The notes beneath the pieces were generated by a model, which saw nothing but the letters and a program-made list of their open reading frames with translations, had not been told where the DNA came from and searched no databases. A program made the translations under genes and the position numbers. 64,000 bases of DNA from a virus, in IMG/VR virus record IMGVR_UViG_3300021963_006848, positions 1 to 64,000 of that record. One strand, 5' to 3'. How positions within the stretch are numbered: the stretch's first letter is position 1; every line of letters starts with the position of its first letter. Shown here in pieces: positions 19,290 through 27,808 of the stretch.

Positions 19290-19768
19290 ATTAATGTTTT
19301 CTGTTCTTTATGAAGATAAGAATTTTCTGCTAAAAATGCAACTAAAGTATACCTTTGTCCTTCTATTACCGGAAGAACTCTATGTCTTAGAGTAGGTCCA
19401 AATATCATAGCCGTATTTTCTTCTGGTAGTATCTTTGATATTTCTTGATCTATATACTCAAATTCACCACCCGTGAAGTTTTGATTTAAAAAGCAAACTA
19501 AGTTTTCTTTATACTTAATATGATGACGGTGGTAGTTTTCTGTCATCCTTATGTTTTTATCTATTCGTTGAATTCTTAATATATCTATTTCCCCTACTAG
19601 ATTGTGTTTTCTAAATAAGCTTTCTACTTCTACATACAACTCCCCAGTAATATTACAGCCTCTGAAATTATAGATATCATCTTCTACTTTTCTATATTTA
19701 CAGATCTCAGCATATTCTAGAAGATTTCTGTGGAGATCTTTTGGTAAGAAGTTCTTGATAGTTTTCAT
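19286..19768 (-). CDS. 2OG-Fe(II) oxygenase (prolyl-hydroxylase-like)
   Basis: HRH, FLN..F.GGEF, HRV.PV..G.RY; ends KTLI. Confidence 0.8.
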   Translation of the reverse strand: MKTIKNFLPKDLHRNLLEYAEICKYRKVEDDIYNFRGCNITGELYVEVESLFRKHNLVGEIDILRIQRIDKNIRMTENYHRHHIKYKENLVCFLNQNFTGGEFEYIDQEISKILPEENTAMIFGPTLRHRVLPVIEGQRYTLVAFLAENSYLHKEQKTLI

Positions 19769-20472
19769 TAAATTAAAGTACTGCTCTTCTTATAAGGAGG
19801 TTCTATAAAATTAAAATAAAAGTCCTCTAAACTACTATCTATTGTTAAGTTACATTCTATATTCTTTGTATGGTTTGTTATAATAAAGTCAAAAGGCTTA
19901 CCTGTAATTTCCTTGACGTACTTTTCTATCTTACTATTTTCTTTTAGGTTAAAGTATAAGATACTTTCATCATTCTCATGCCACCTAGAAGGAGCTGTCA
20001 TTACAGATGAAAAAATCATGTAAGTATTCTTACTATAGGGTAAACCTGTAGGTATTAGTCTTTTGAAGAAATTACTACATTTTTCTATATCCTGTAAATT
20101 AGAACTAAATCCAATTTCGTTCTCCCAAGCGTTAATAAAGTCTAATGTAGTAGTGCTTGTTAAGATTTGAGCAGCTGTTACGTTATATTCAGCAATAAAC
20201 TTTATTACATATTTCCATGCAGATAAGAACCTATCTAAAGGATCTCTATTAATAGCTATTACAGGATAATCATATCCAAAATGTTCTCTTAGTTTTGAAA
20301 TTCGTTCATGTGCATGTCTACGAGGTTCTAAACCTCTGTCCGCCTGTCTTTGTGCTAGTACATTGTTTGTAGGGTACTTAATAGAGAACCCTGCTAGAAA
20401 ACAAGAACGTTCAAATGCTACTGTAGCTGTTCTAGGTATCTTAAGAAACAAAAACTTGTTATCTACTAACAT
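19768..20472 (-). CDS. sulfotransferase family 2-like protein
   Basis: FLKIPRTA and RDPLDRFLSAW PAPS motifs; ends STLI. Confidence 0.8.
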   Translation of the reverse strand: MLVDNKFLFLKIPRTATVAFERSCFLAGFSIKYPTNNVLAQRQADRGLEPRRHAHERISKLREHFGYDYPVIAINRDPLDRFLSAWKYVIKFIAEYNVTAAQILTSTTTLDFINAWENEIGFSSNLQDIEKCSNFFKRLIPTGLPYSKNTYMIFSSVMTAPSRWHENDESILYFNLKENSKIEKYVKEITGKPFDFIITNHTKNIECNLTIDSSLEDFYFNFIEPPYKKSSTLI

Positions 20473-20489
20473 ATAACCTTTTTATAAAA

Positions 20490-20519
20490 TTAAGATAAGT
20501 GCTTGTCTCTGATCAAACT
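20490..20519 (-). promoter_or_regulatory. class I-type promoter for the sulfotransferase-2OG-halogenase-SET-sulfotransferase operon
   Basis: TTTG followed by TATCTTAA at class I-like spacing. Confidence 0.55.
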
Positions 20520-20604
20520 TATTATAGACTCTATTGCATTTTTCACTTTTACATCTGTTGCGGGTGCTGTGGGTACTACCACAATATCTACTATATTTGC
20601 CATC

Positions 20605-22488
20605 TTATTGTAATTTTTTTGCCATGTTATGAACTAGTATTCCTTCTGCTATATAATTCTGAGTATCTTCAACTGAGATATTATATACTAATCCTTTATA
20701 ATCCTCAAATTCTATCGTCTCGATTAGAACCCAGTTCCCCATAAGGTTAATAAAGTACTTATCGGTTTCTAATTTTTCGACTACTAACTCTTTGTGAAAA
20801 TCTTTATCAGCTTCTGGATCTACTGCTGCCCATTTGATATTACCTTCGAAATCTTTAATAGCAAATGGATGTCCTACTGTAGCTTTAGTTCTTATTCCGT
20901 TTATAACTACAAGCTTATCATTGTAGTCTGATTTCCATATACCTTTTACCTTCTTTGTAACTATATCATTAGTATTAAAGTCAAAAGATTGTACTATATC
21001 TCCAACTTCTATATCTTTGATTTCTTTTTCACCATCTGCTGTAAATACTACAGCGTCGCCTACAAAGCATTGTGCTTGACAAGTCCAGCAAGAATTATAA
21101 CAACTCCACCAGCCGCAATTATATCCACTACACCAGCATGGGTTATGTTGTACTAATGCTATATTGGTTGATTCATCTAGAATAGATAAGAAAATATCTT
21201 GTTCTTCTACATCGAGTTCATAAATTAATTTGGTATCGTAAACCGCATCAAGAGCTACTATTTCTTTCTTTAAAAGCTCATTAGTAGCAACATCTAATAG
21301 AATTACCTTATCTCCTAATTCTACTTGACTAAGAGACTTAAACCTAGTTACTGTACTTCCACTAACTTCTGTATAAAAAGTAGATCTAGTAGAATCATCC
21401 CAAGTAGTTCCATCTTCTAAAGTAATATTCAAATAAACTGTTTCTAAACTAGAGCTGATAAATCCTACAACGTTAGCGGAGTTAACCTGTAATGAGCTCT
21501 CCATTTCTGCAAAAGAAGAAGAAAAAGCTAGGACATCAACAGAACCAGTAGGTAGGTTACTAAATTGAACTGATTTTACTACTGTTCCTTCTTCTACATC
21601 TTGGATAGATATATACTCTCCTGTAGGTGTTACAATTTTTGTATCTTCATCTACGTGGTATACGTTCTTCTGATTATCTGTAGAGAGTTTAGAAATCCAT
21701 TTAATTCTAGATTTATTAGTAAGTGCAGTTGTTCCTGCTTGTAATTCATCGGGCCAAATATCTAAACTATAAGGTGATGTTTGGTGATAAGAACCAAGGT
21801 GTAGTGTATCTAAAGTAGAACCATAAACTAAATCTAAACTTCTAATAATAGAATAACGTCCTTGTATAACATTATTTTCTGAATTGATAAACTCTTGTAT
21901 AAAATATGGTGCTGTAGTATTAGCCACTAACGTGTCATATTCAGTTTGATTTGTTATAGTATGTACTTGAGGGTATACTTTTGCATCATACTGAGGCTGT
22001 ACTGATTTAACTACAACGTTGGGTGCTTTAGTAGCATCAAATCCTGCCGGAATAGCGTACGATTGGCTTTGTATAAGTTCTTGTAAGTTTCCTTTATCTG
22101 CACAATACACATCATCTATTAAAGCTGTACTATCGAATGCCTGTCTAAGAATAAACTTCGTGGGAGAATCTTCTACATAAGGTACTGTGGTAGCATAAGT
22201 ACTTACTTGATAAGGAGTGTATGCAATACCTAAGCTCTCACAAATACTCTGTAGCTTTGTACCTAAAGAAAGATTAGCTCTAAACTTAGGATCTGTTACT
22301 AACTGTTGATCATTAAAGATATAAACTAACTCTGCTATAGAATTTGATTGAAGTAATGCTTCAAGCCCAGAAAAATCTAAATGCGGGATCATACTTTGGT
22401 AGATTCCGGCACTTGTATTTAATTCAACAAGCCTTGCGTTTCCATCATCATCAAGCAAGAAGTCACTTCCTATTAAAACAGCTTTCAT
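20605..22488 (-). CDS. polyprotein: circularly permuted ATP-grasp-like domain (aa 1-277), Hint-1 (278-449), Cys/Trp-rich core (450-473), Hint-2 (474-621), MAKKLQ
   Basis: DFLLD...LVELN, VVVK, IQEFI; Hint-1 HVDEDTKIVTPTG...LVQHN; Hint-2 CFVGDAVVFTADG...TVGHPF...VYNISVE...ILVHN. Confidence 0.8.
   Translation of the reverse strand: MKAVLIGSDFLLDDDGNARLVELNTSAGIYQSMIPHLDFSGLEALLQSNSIAELVYIFNDQQLVTDPKFRANLSLGTKLQSICESLGIAYTPYQVSTYATTVPYVEDSPTKFILRQAFDSTALIDDVYCADKGNLQELIQSQSYAIPAGFDATKAPNVVVKSVQPQYDAKVYPQVHTITNQTEYDTLVANTTAPYFIQEFINSENNVIQGRYSIIRSLDLVYGSTLDTLHLGSYHQTSPYSLDIWPDELQAGTTALTNKSRIKWISKLSTDNQKNVYHVDEDTKIVTPTGEYISIQDVEEGTVVKSVQFSNLPTGSVDVLAFSSSFAEMESSLQVNSANVVGFISSSLETVYLNITLEDGTTWDDSTRSTFYTEVSGSTVTRFKSLSQVELGDKVILLDVATNELLKKEIVALDAVYDTKLIYELDVEEQDIFLSILDESTNIALVQHNPCWCSGYNCGWWSCYNSCWTCQAQCFVGDAVVFTADGEKEIKDIEVGDIVQSFDFNTNDIVTKKVKGIWKSDYNDKLVVINGIRTKATVGHPFAIKDFEGNIKWAAVDPEADKDFHKELVVEKLETDKYFINLMGNWVLIETIEFEDYKGLVYNISVEDTQNYIAEGILVHNMAKKLQ
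21070..21141 (-). other. putative core peptide PCWCSGYNCGWWSCYNSCWTCQAQ between the two Hint domains
   Basis: lies exactly between HN of Hint-1 and Cys1 of Hint-2. Confidence 0.65.
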
Positions 22489-22516
22489 ATTATGAGTTTA
22501 AATTAATTCGTTTATA

Positions 22517-22524
22517 TATAAATA
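22517..22524 (-). promoter_or_regulatory. class II motif TATTTATA upstream of the polyprotein
   Basis: TATTTAT also at 13424, 31433, 33865, 45599, 49646, 50248, 53386 and 62809 upstream of gene starts. Confidence 0.5.
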
Positions 22525-22538
22525 TCTAAGCGGACTGT

Positions 22539-22994
22539 TTATATAAGAGTCTTTGTACTTTTAATTCCGCTTCTTCTAAAATAGCTTATAAATAAGTACT
22601 GTGTTCCTTCTTCCACGCTTTCTAACTCTAGATCTATTCCGAAATCAAAGTAAACTGCTTTATTAGCTTCTGGTACAATTATGCTTTCTTTATATCTTAA
22701 TCCACCCCCAGAATAGTTTTCGTTAATAAAATAGATAATAAGTGCGTAATCTAGATCCTTAAATTGCTTATATATAGTCTTTATACCTTTACTTCTCTTA
22801 CTGAAATACATTTTATCACATTGGTAAGGAATACCAACTCCTAAGAACATGTTTTCAAAATCTATTGCAATCTGATGAGATGGGTATGTAAACCTATAAT
22901 AATTACCATCCGTATCATCTAATGCATACTTACCTTCAATATCGATAAGTCTATTTCGAAAATAATCAGGTAGTATGTTATCGAAGATTATCAT
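22539..22994 (-). CDS. degenerate 2OG-Fe(II) oxygenase-like protein
   Basis: IYFINENYSGGGL and VEEGTQY, but no metal-binding His; ends KTLI. Confidence 0.6.
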   Translation of the reverse strand: MIIFDNILPDYFRNRLIDIEGKYALDDTDGNYYRFTYPSHQIAIDFENMFLGVGIPYQCDKMYFSKRSKGIKTIYKQFKDLDYALIIYFINENYSGGGLRYKESIIVPEANKAVYFDFGIDLELESVEEGTQYLFISYFRRSGIKSTKTLI

Positions 22995-23587
22995 CTAATC
23001 TCTGTTATATTAAAGCTAATGTTTGAACAAATAGCAATTCTAGTTCCTTCTGAATTAGGAGATAAGTTAGGTTTATGTTCTACATCTCCTTTAAAAAATA
23101 TAAAATCTCCTTCGTTTGGCTTAGTTGCATATACCCTACCGTCTTTATCTCTAAGTAACAATGCACCCTCTTCTCCTTGTAAATCATAAGGTACTTGAAC
23201 ATAAAAGCAATAAGTCCAGTCTGTAAGAATAGGTGCATTAATCTTTGTATCCGGAAAGTTAATAGCAGCTGTATGCATATGAAAGCCGTTATCTGGATCT
23301 TTAGAGGTTTTATCTTGTATGTAACTCCATGTTTTACCTACCCAAATTGGTTTAGACTTCTCAGGTATATTGGATAAGCCTTTAGCAATCTTCTTACCGT
23401 ACTTAATAACATGGTCTATTTCTGGGCTATGAACTTTAATCTCTGTTGTATTAAAGTCTGTAGTACCTAATAGCCACTTATTCTGCTTTACTCTATATAT
23501 AATTTCATCTTGTCCGTAGGTCCAATCATATTGAGCTTTATAGATGGTGAGTGTATCACTTACTCTAAATTCTTTTACAGGTATCAT
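22991..23587 (-). CDS. 2OG-Fe(II) oxygenase-like protein
   Basis: HMH, FYV..P....G.L, VEH.P, RIAICSN. Confidence 0.75.
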   Translation of the reverse strand: MIPVKEFRVSDTLTIYKAQYDWTYGQDEIIYRVKQNKWLLGTTDFNTTEIKVHSPEIDHVIKYGKKIAKGLSNIPEKSKPIWVGKTWSYIQDKTSKDPDNGFHMHTAAINFPDTKINAPILTDWTYCFYVQVPYDLQGEEGALLLRDKDGRVYATKPNEGDFIFFKGDVEHKPNLSPNSEGTRIAICSNISFNITEIR

Positions 23588-24120
23588 ATAAGTGTCTTTG
23601 ATTCTTTTTGCTTAAATTCTATAAAGACTGTAAATGTAAGTCTTCCGTCTTTAATAGAAGTCCCAAACGGCTCTTGTACTGCATGGTTGATATTAGCAGG
23701 ATAGCATACAAATCTATTAAAAACATTTTCTACTTCGTCAATCTGAATATAGTTGTCATCATAGAAAGAAGTTCCGGAATTAGGTACTTGAAACGGAGCT
23801 AGATAAATTACTCCTGCGTAGTCTTTCCTACGGTCTTTATGTATACGGTTCTTACTGTACCCTTTCTCTTTTGTAGTATCTTCTAATGTATAATGGAAAT
23901 AACAATCATAAGCTGCTGTTGCAAACTTAGAATCTCTTTTACTTAATTCAGATTTTACAAGATTGGTTACTTTTAATGTAAGTTCGTTTTGCTTTAAACA
24001 TCTAAAACCCTTCCATCCTTGTTCTTCAAACGGAGGAGTATATTCTAACTCTAAAGCTTGATCTCTGATATCCCAGACGTCTTTTAAAAAATCATCTATC
24101 TGAATTAAACCTTGTATCAT
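23584..24120 (-). CDS. 2OG-Fe(II) oxygenase-like protein (DUF6445-like)
   Basis: IDDF, IHKD, AGVIYL, GTSFY, FNR...H, GRLT; ends KTLI. Confidence 0.75.
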   Translation of the reverse strand: MIQGLIQIDDFLKDVWDIRDQALELEYTPPFEEQGWKGFRCLKQNELTLKVTNLVKSELSKRDSKFATAAYDCYFHYTLEDTTKEKGYSKNRIHKDRRKDYAGVIYLAPFQVPNSGTSFYDDNYIQIDEVENVFNRFVCYPANINHAVQEPFGTSIKDGRLTFTVFIEFKQKESKTLI

Positions 24121-24404
24121 ATTAATGTTTTATCTTGTTTAATTACTGAGCTTTCACTGAGGTATTTATCTTCAACTGGTAGCCATTTATGAAGAGGACA
24201 GCCATCATAGAGACGGCTGAATACCTTTCCTTCAAGTAAGCAAGAACATTCACCACAGTACTCTGACCATTTACGGTTATTAAATAGAGTCTCTCTCTTA
24301 GAACATTGTTCACATATTTCATAACGTTCTTGAGCTAGTTTCTTTTGACTCTCTTTTGGATTTATTTTAGTAATCCAGGCAGAGATAATCTCTTTCATAT
24401 CCAT
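24117..24404 (-). CDS. Cys-rich small metal-binding protein
   Basis: CEQC...CGECSC...CPLHKW; ends KTLI. Confidence 0.7.
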   Translation of the reverse strand: MDMKEIISAWITKINPKESQKKLAQERYEICEQCSKRETLFNNRKWSEYCGECSCLLEGKVFSRLYDGCPLHKWLPVEDKYLSESSVIKQDKTLI

Positions 24405-24405
24405 A

Positions 24406-24741
24406 CTACATACTTAAGTTTCTTATTATAATAGTCAAAGATATACAAATCCATATAGTGTTGAATAGGATTAAGGTAGGTAAACTCTTTCTCATACTAG
24501 CCCATATCAAAGCTGATGATGTAGTTAATGTTAAGAAATGTAACTGCCATACTTCTATTCCAAATATCAAACCTGGTATAATAATAGCTGCTTTAGACAT
24601 CCAAGCTGCTGCTTCTATTATATTATAATCAGTCCAGTAGTCCTTAGATAAATACATTTTGTACCTATCAAGAATCTTATTAAAACCTATAGTTGAATAT
24701 AAAACTGTAAGGAATATAAAAAATGTCAGTACATATATCAT
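24406..24741 (-). CDS. membrane protein
   Basis: about four hydrophobic segments. Confidence 0.7.
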   Translation of the reverse strand: MIYVLTFFIFLTVLYSTIGFNKILDRYKMYLSKDYWTDYNIIEAAAWMSKAAIIIPGLIFGIEVWQLHFLTLTTSSALIWASMRKSLPTLILFNTIWICISLTIIIRNLSM

Positions 24742-24743
24742 AT

Positions 24744-24956
24744 CTAACTCTTCTTTAGTCCGTATTTAATCCACTTATACCAGACTCTTTCATGTATATA
24801 GTATTGGATAGGTTTCCAAAGTAATTCAGCTATTCCAAATGCTGCTCCAAACTTAACTGAACCTGTAACAGCCCACATTGTAGCAAATCCAATTGCTGTA
24901 CTAACTACTCTGTATGAGATAGTTTTAGCTATATGTCGTTTCTTTTCTACTATCAT
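24744..24956 (-). CDS. DUF2061-like membrane protein
   Basis: R...KTISYR...YY.HERVW. Confidence 0.75.
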   Translation of the reverse strand: MIVEKKRHIAKTISYRVVSTAIGFATMWAVTGSVKFGAAFGIAELLWKPIQYYIHERVWYKWIKYGLKKS

Positions 24957-25354
24957 AACTTACCCTCCTCTTTCATCTTATTTCGTATGCCTGTAGCTGA
25001 GATGTCTCTAATCTCTTCTGGTGGCATATGCTCAATAACATCGTAACCAACTCCTCTTCCTATATTGATTGATTCAATATCTGGAATGATAATAATTTTT
25101 AACTTACCTTCTTCAATCAAATCTAATAATTCATTAGTTAGGTTACTCAATACCTCTTGAGGTGTCCATGGATTCTTTTCGTCAGGTTCTACATCTCTGA
25201 TAGCTAGTAGAACTCTTTTACCTTCTTTTAATCTTTGGTCTATCAACCAGCGATGCCCTGCATGCCAAGGTTGCCATCTGCCAATAAACATAGAGTACTT
25301 AACATCGTTAGATGAAGACTGAAATGCGGCAGTTGCTAAATATTTACTACTCAT
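24953..25354 (-). CDS. HxGH nucleotidyltransferase (candidate minimal sulfate adenylyltransferase)
   Basis: GRWQPWHAGH and ISATGIR; adjacent to cysC. Confidence 0.75.
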   Translation of the reverse strand: MSSKYLATAAFQSSSNDVKYSMFIGRWQPWHAGHRWLIDQRLKEGKRVLLAIRDVEPDEKNPWTPQEVLSNLTNELLDLIEEGKLKIIIIPDIESINIGRGVGYDVIEHMPPEEIRDISATGIRNKMKEEGKL

Positions 25355-25376
25355 ATCTTAATGTATGAATTTTAAT

Positions 25377-25814
25377 TTAAAGCTCCAACTTATCTACTAA
25401 CTCTCTATAAGTATGGAAAGGATCCTTATTTGTAGTATCGACATCTAAGTAATTTTCCAAAGGCGGTTCGTAATTTTCTACATGAAAATGATTACGTCCT
25501 CTATCTTCAGATGTATGTACATAAATTTCAATTAAATCTTTTCCTAACCTAGCTTTAAAAGCTTCTCGTTGATCTCTATAAGGAGAAACTAAAGATACAA
25601 ATACGCAGTATCCTTTCTCATTTAAAAAGTAAGCTATATTCTGAGCTAGTTCTATATTCTTTCTTCTTCCAGCTTCTGAATAATCTTTGTTTTCAAAAAT
25701 TTCTCTAATATCATCTCCATCAACTGTTATAGCAGAATGATGTACGTGAATTTTCAATGAGGTAGCTAAGGTAGTCTTACCTGCTCCAGGTTGTCCTGTA
25801 AACCAGTATATCAT
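25377..25814 (-). CDS. cysC: adenylylsulfate (APS) kinase
   Basis: WFTGQPGAGKTT, DGDDIR, SLVSPY, YEPP. Confidence 0.9.
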   Translation of the reverse strand: MIYWFTGQPGAGKTTLATSLKIHVHHSAITVDGDDIREIFENKDYSEAGRRKNIELAQNIAYFLNEKGYCVFVSLVSPYRDQREAFKARLGKDLIEIYVHTSEDRGRNHFHVENYEPPLENYLDVDTTNKDPFHTYRELVDKLEL

Positions 25815-26773
25815 AATTTACTTTTTATAACTTTAATATTTTCTTCTGTTCCTTTTGTCCATTTATCAATTACATTCTTTTTATATTCCGGATCAGAATG
25901 TATTCCTATCTTCTCAAACCATACGTGATGGTATTTAACTTCCGGGTACATCCTTCTTATATTATCAAAATGTGTCCATCTAGGTGTATTACCGACTGCA
26001 GAAGATCCAACCGAGTCCGCAAATTGGATATATATTTTATTGATTGCATGACCGACAATAGCATCTTTATCTCTCATTATGTACCCTAGTATATTCTGAT
26101 CTGTCATTAACCATAACTCGTCCGGTACATAGTCATACTTCCTAGTTACAATATCTAAATGAAGTTCTCTATACCTGTCTATAATACTTTTTACCTTTTC
26201 ATTATCATTTATAAATAGGAAACAAGTATTAGGGATTAGCATTGCATCTGCAAATTCTGGAATATCTAATCCGAATTGATCTTTAGCTTTACTAACCGGT
26301 ACGTGTAACCATGCTCTTAGTAACTCCCAGTGAGCATGTACTATATCTTTATCAAAAACCCACTCTGGTATTTCAGCTTGTAAGAAGAAATCTGTATCCA
26401 TAAATAAAAATGGAGGTTTCTCATTACATATAGATAATACCTTACCGCTTGTCCAAAATTGAGCTGCATCTATACGAGTATCTTTGTTAACTAAATTAAG
26501 AAAGTCTGTATCAATTTCATCAAAATACTGTAACATATTCTCTTTACGGTAGTACTCATACCCGGCTGTATCTGTATACATTTTTATTGAAGCGCCAGTA
26601 TATCTTTTAGCTGAGGTAAAGCTATAAATTTGCATAACCTTTTCATACTCCTCTAACTTATAGTCAGGAGCTTCTTCTGGTGCATCTTTGAGGTAGCTTT
26701 TTATACCTGTAAACTTTTTCTTATTGAAATAAGGTTTAGTCCAGTTAACATATATTATTTTAAAATTACTCAT
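25811..26773 (-). CDS. DUF6734-like / GT-A-like protein
   Basis: WTKP, MYTD, FWTSGK, PFLFMDTD, PN.CF, DQ. Confidence 0.55.
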   Translation of the reverse strand: MSNFKIIYVNWTKPYFNKKKFTGIKSYLKDAPEEAPDYKLEEYEKVMQIYSFTSAKRYTGASIKMYTDTAGYEYYRKENMLQYFDEIDTDFLNLVNKDTRIDAAQFWTSGKVLSICNEKPPFLFMDTDFFLQAEIPEWVFDKDIVHAHWELLRAWLHVPVSKAKDQFGLDIPEFADAMLIPNTCFLFINDNEKVKSIIDRYRELHLDIVTRKYDYVPDELWLMTDQNILGYIMRDKDAIVGHAINKIYIQFADSVGSSAVGNTPRWTHFDNIRRMYPEVKYHHVWFEKIGIHSDPEYKKNVIDKWTKGTEENIKVIKSKL

Positions 26774-27530
26774 GAATAAAGTAGATATCTTTGTTAGCTT
26801 TTGTATTAATATAATTATTGAGTATATATTGGGAAGCCCACATATCCCCGTCGCTCTTACCTATACACACCTTAGGTTCAACTTTGTCTATATATTCGTC
26901 TAGACTATGTATATACCTATTAAAATACAGTAGAGCACAAAGCTCTTCTATGTTTGTTGTTAATGTCTTCTCTTTGAATATCCTAAAGAGGTCGTGAGTA
27001 AAAGAAGGATCTCTACTGTATACAAATCCAGCATTAGGTATAGCTAATCCACCATTGTACTCCCATTTACCATATCTTAGTATCTGATACATCATTAGAT
27101 TGAAGTAATGAGTCTTTTCTAAACCTTCTTCTTCTATAAACGGAGTTATAGTTTGAAACTTTTGAATAGCTTTTTGCGGGAAATAGTATAGAGGCATCTG
27201 TATCGACTCTCCTTTTTCTAAAATACTCCAAAAGTTACCATCCAAAGGTTTTTGTTGAATACAGTCCCAATCTAAGTATAGGAAAGGTCCTGTTAAAGAG
27301 GAAAGGCGGAAAGCAGTCAGCTTGTTAACAAACCAGCCCTCCCAGCCTATAGTATTTTCACCCATGTACTTAGTATTATATCCTAGATCCTTGATAAACT
27401 CTAAGTTCTCAAAATCCCAACAATATACTAATTGATCTTTAGGATGTAGTCCGTACTCAATACTAGCTTCTGTACATCGTTTTACTTCCTCATGATGTCT
27501 ATTTCCCCATATACACCTAATTATCCTCAT
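26766..27530 (-). CDS. GT-A-like (DxD) protein
   Basis: K...FLYLDWD, PNAGF. Confidence 0.5.
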   Translation of the reverse strand: MRIIRCIWGNRHHEEVKRCTEASIEYGLHPKDQLVYCWDFENLEFIKDLGYNTKYMGENTIGWEGWFVNKLTAFRLSSLTGPFLYLDWDCIQQKPLDGNFWSILEKGESIQMPLYYFPQKAIQKFQTITPFIEEEGLEKTHYFNLMMYQILRYGKWEYNGGLAIPNAGFVYSRDPSFTHDLFRIFKEKTLTTNIEELCALLYFNRYIHSLDEYIDKVEPKVCIGKSDGDMWASQYILNNYINTKANKDIYFIHE

Positions 27531-27705
27531 CTGGAGCTTTTACTATTACTTCTAGATTAAAACTATCCATATCGACCTTAATACCAACTGGTTCAAGACC
27601 TTGATCTATTAGAGTTTGAAAGAAGGTTTTTAGATCATTCCTAATGAAGATGCCACCCTTTGCAGTATAATCTCCATCCTTCCAAAATATAATCTCATTT
27701 TCCAT
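27517..27705 (-). CDS. hypothetical protein
   Basis: packed ORF. Confidence 0.55.
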   Translation of the reverse strand: MENEIIFWKDGDYTAKGGIFIRNDLKTFFQTLIDQGLEPVGIKVDMDSFNLEVIVKAPDEDN

Positions 27706-27808
27706 AATTCTAGTGTTAATGTTGGGTCTGTTAAAATAGCGAGAAAGCTTAGATGCTTCTCACCACATAGACCTAATATATGTAAAATTTCGTGCATAAC
27801 CAAAAATT

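Noticed and set aside
20626-21657. Classical splicing inteins interrupting one enzyme
   Set aside because: The +1 residues are Pro and Met, Hint-1 lacks Cys1, there is no homing endonuclease, and the flanks do not rebuild a known protein. BIL-type cleavage domains fit better.
19286-24120. KTLI ends as a by-product of ATGA/TAATG translational coupling
   Set aside because: Coupling may contribute, but two tagged genes are uncoupled and the codons vary synonymously, so it is not a sufficient explanation.
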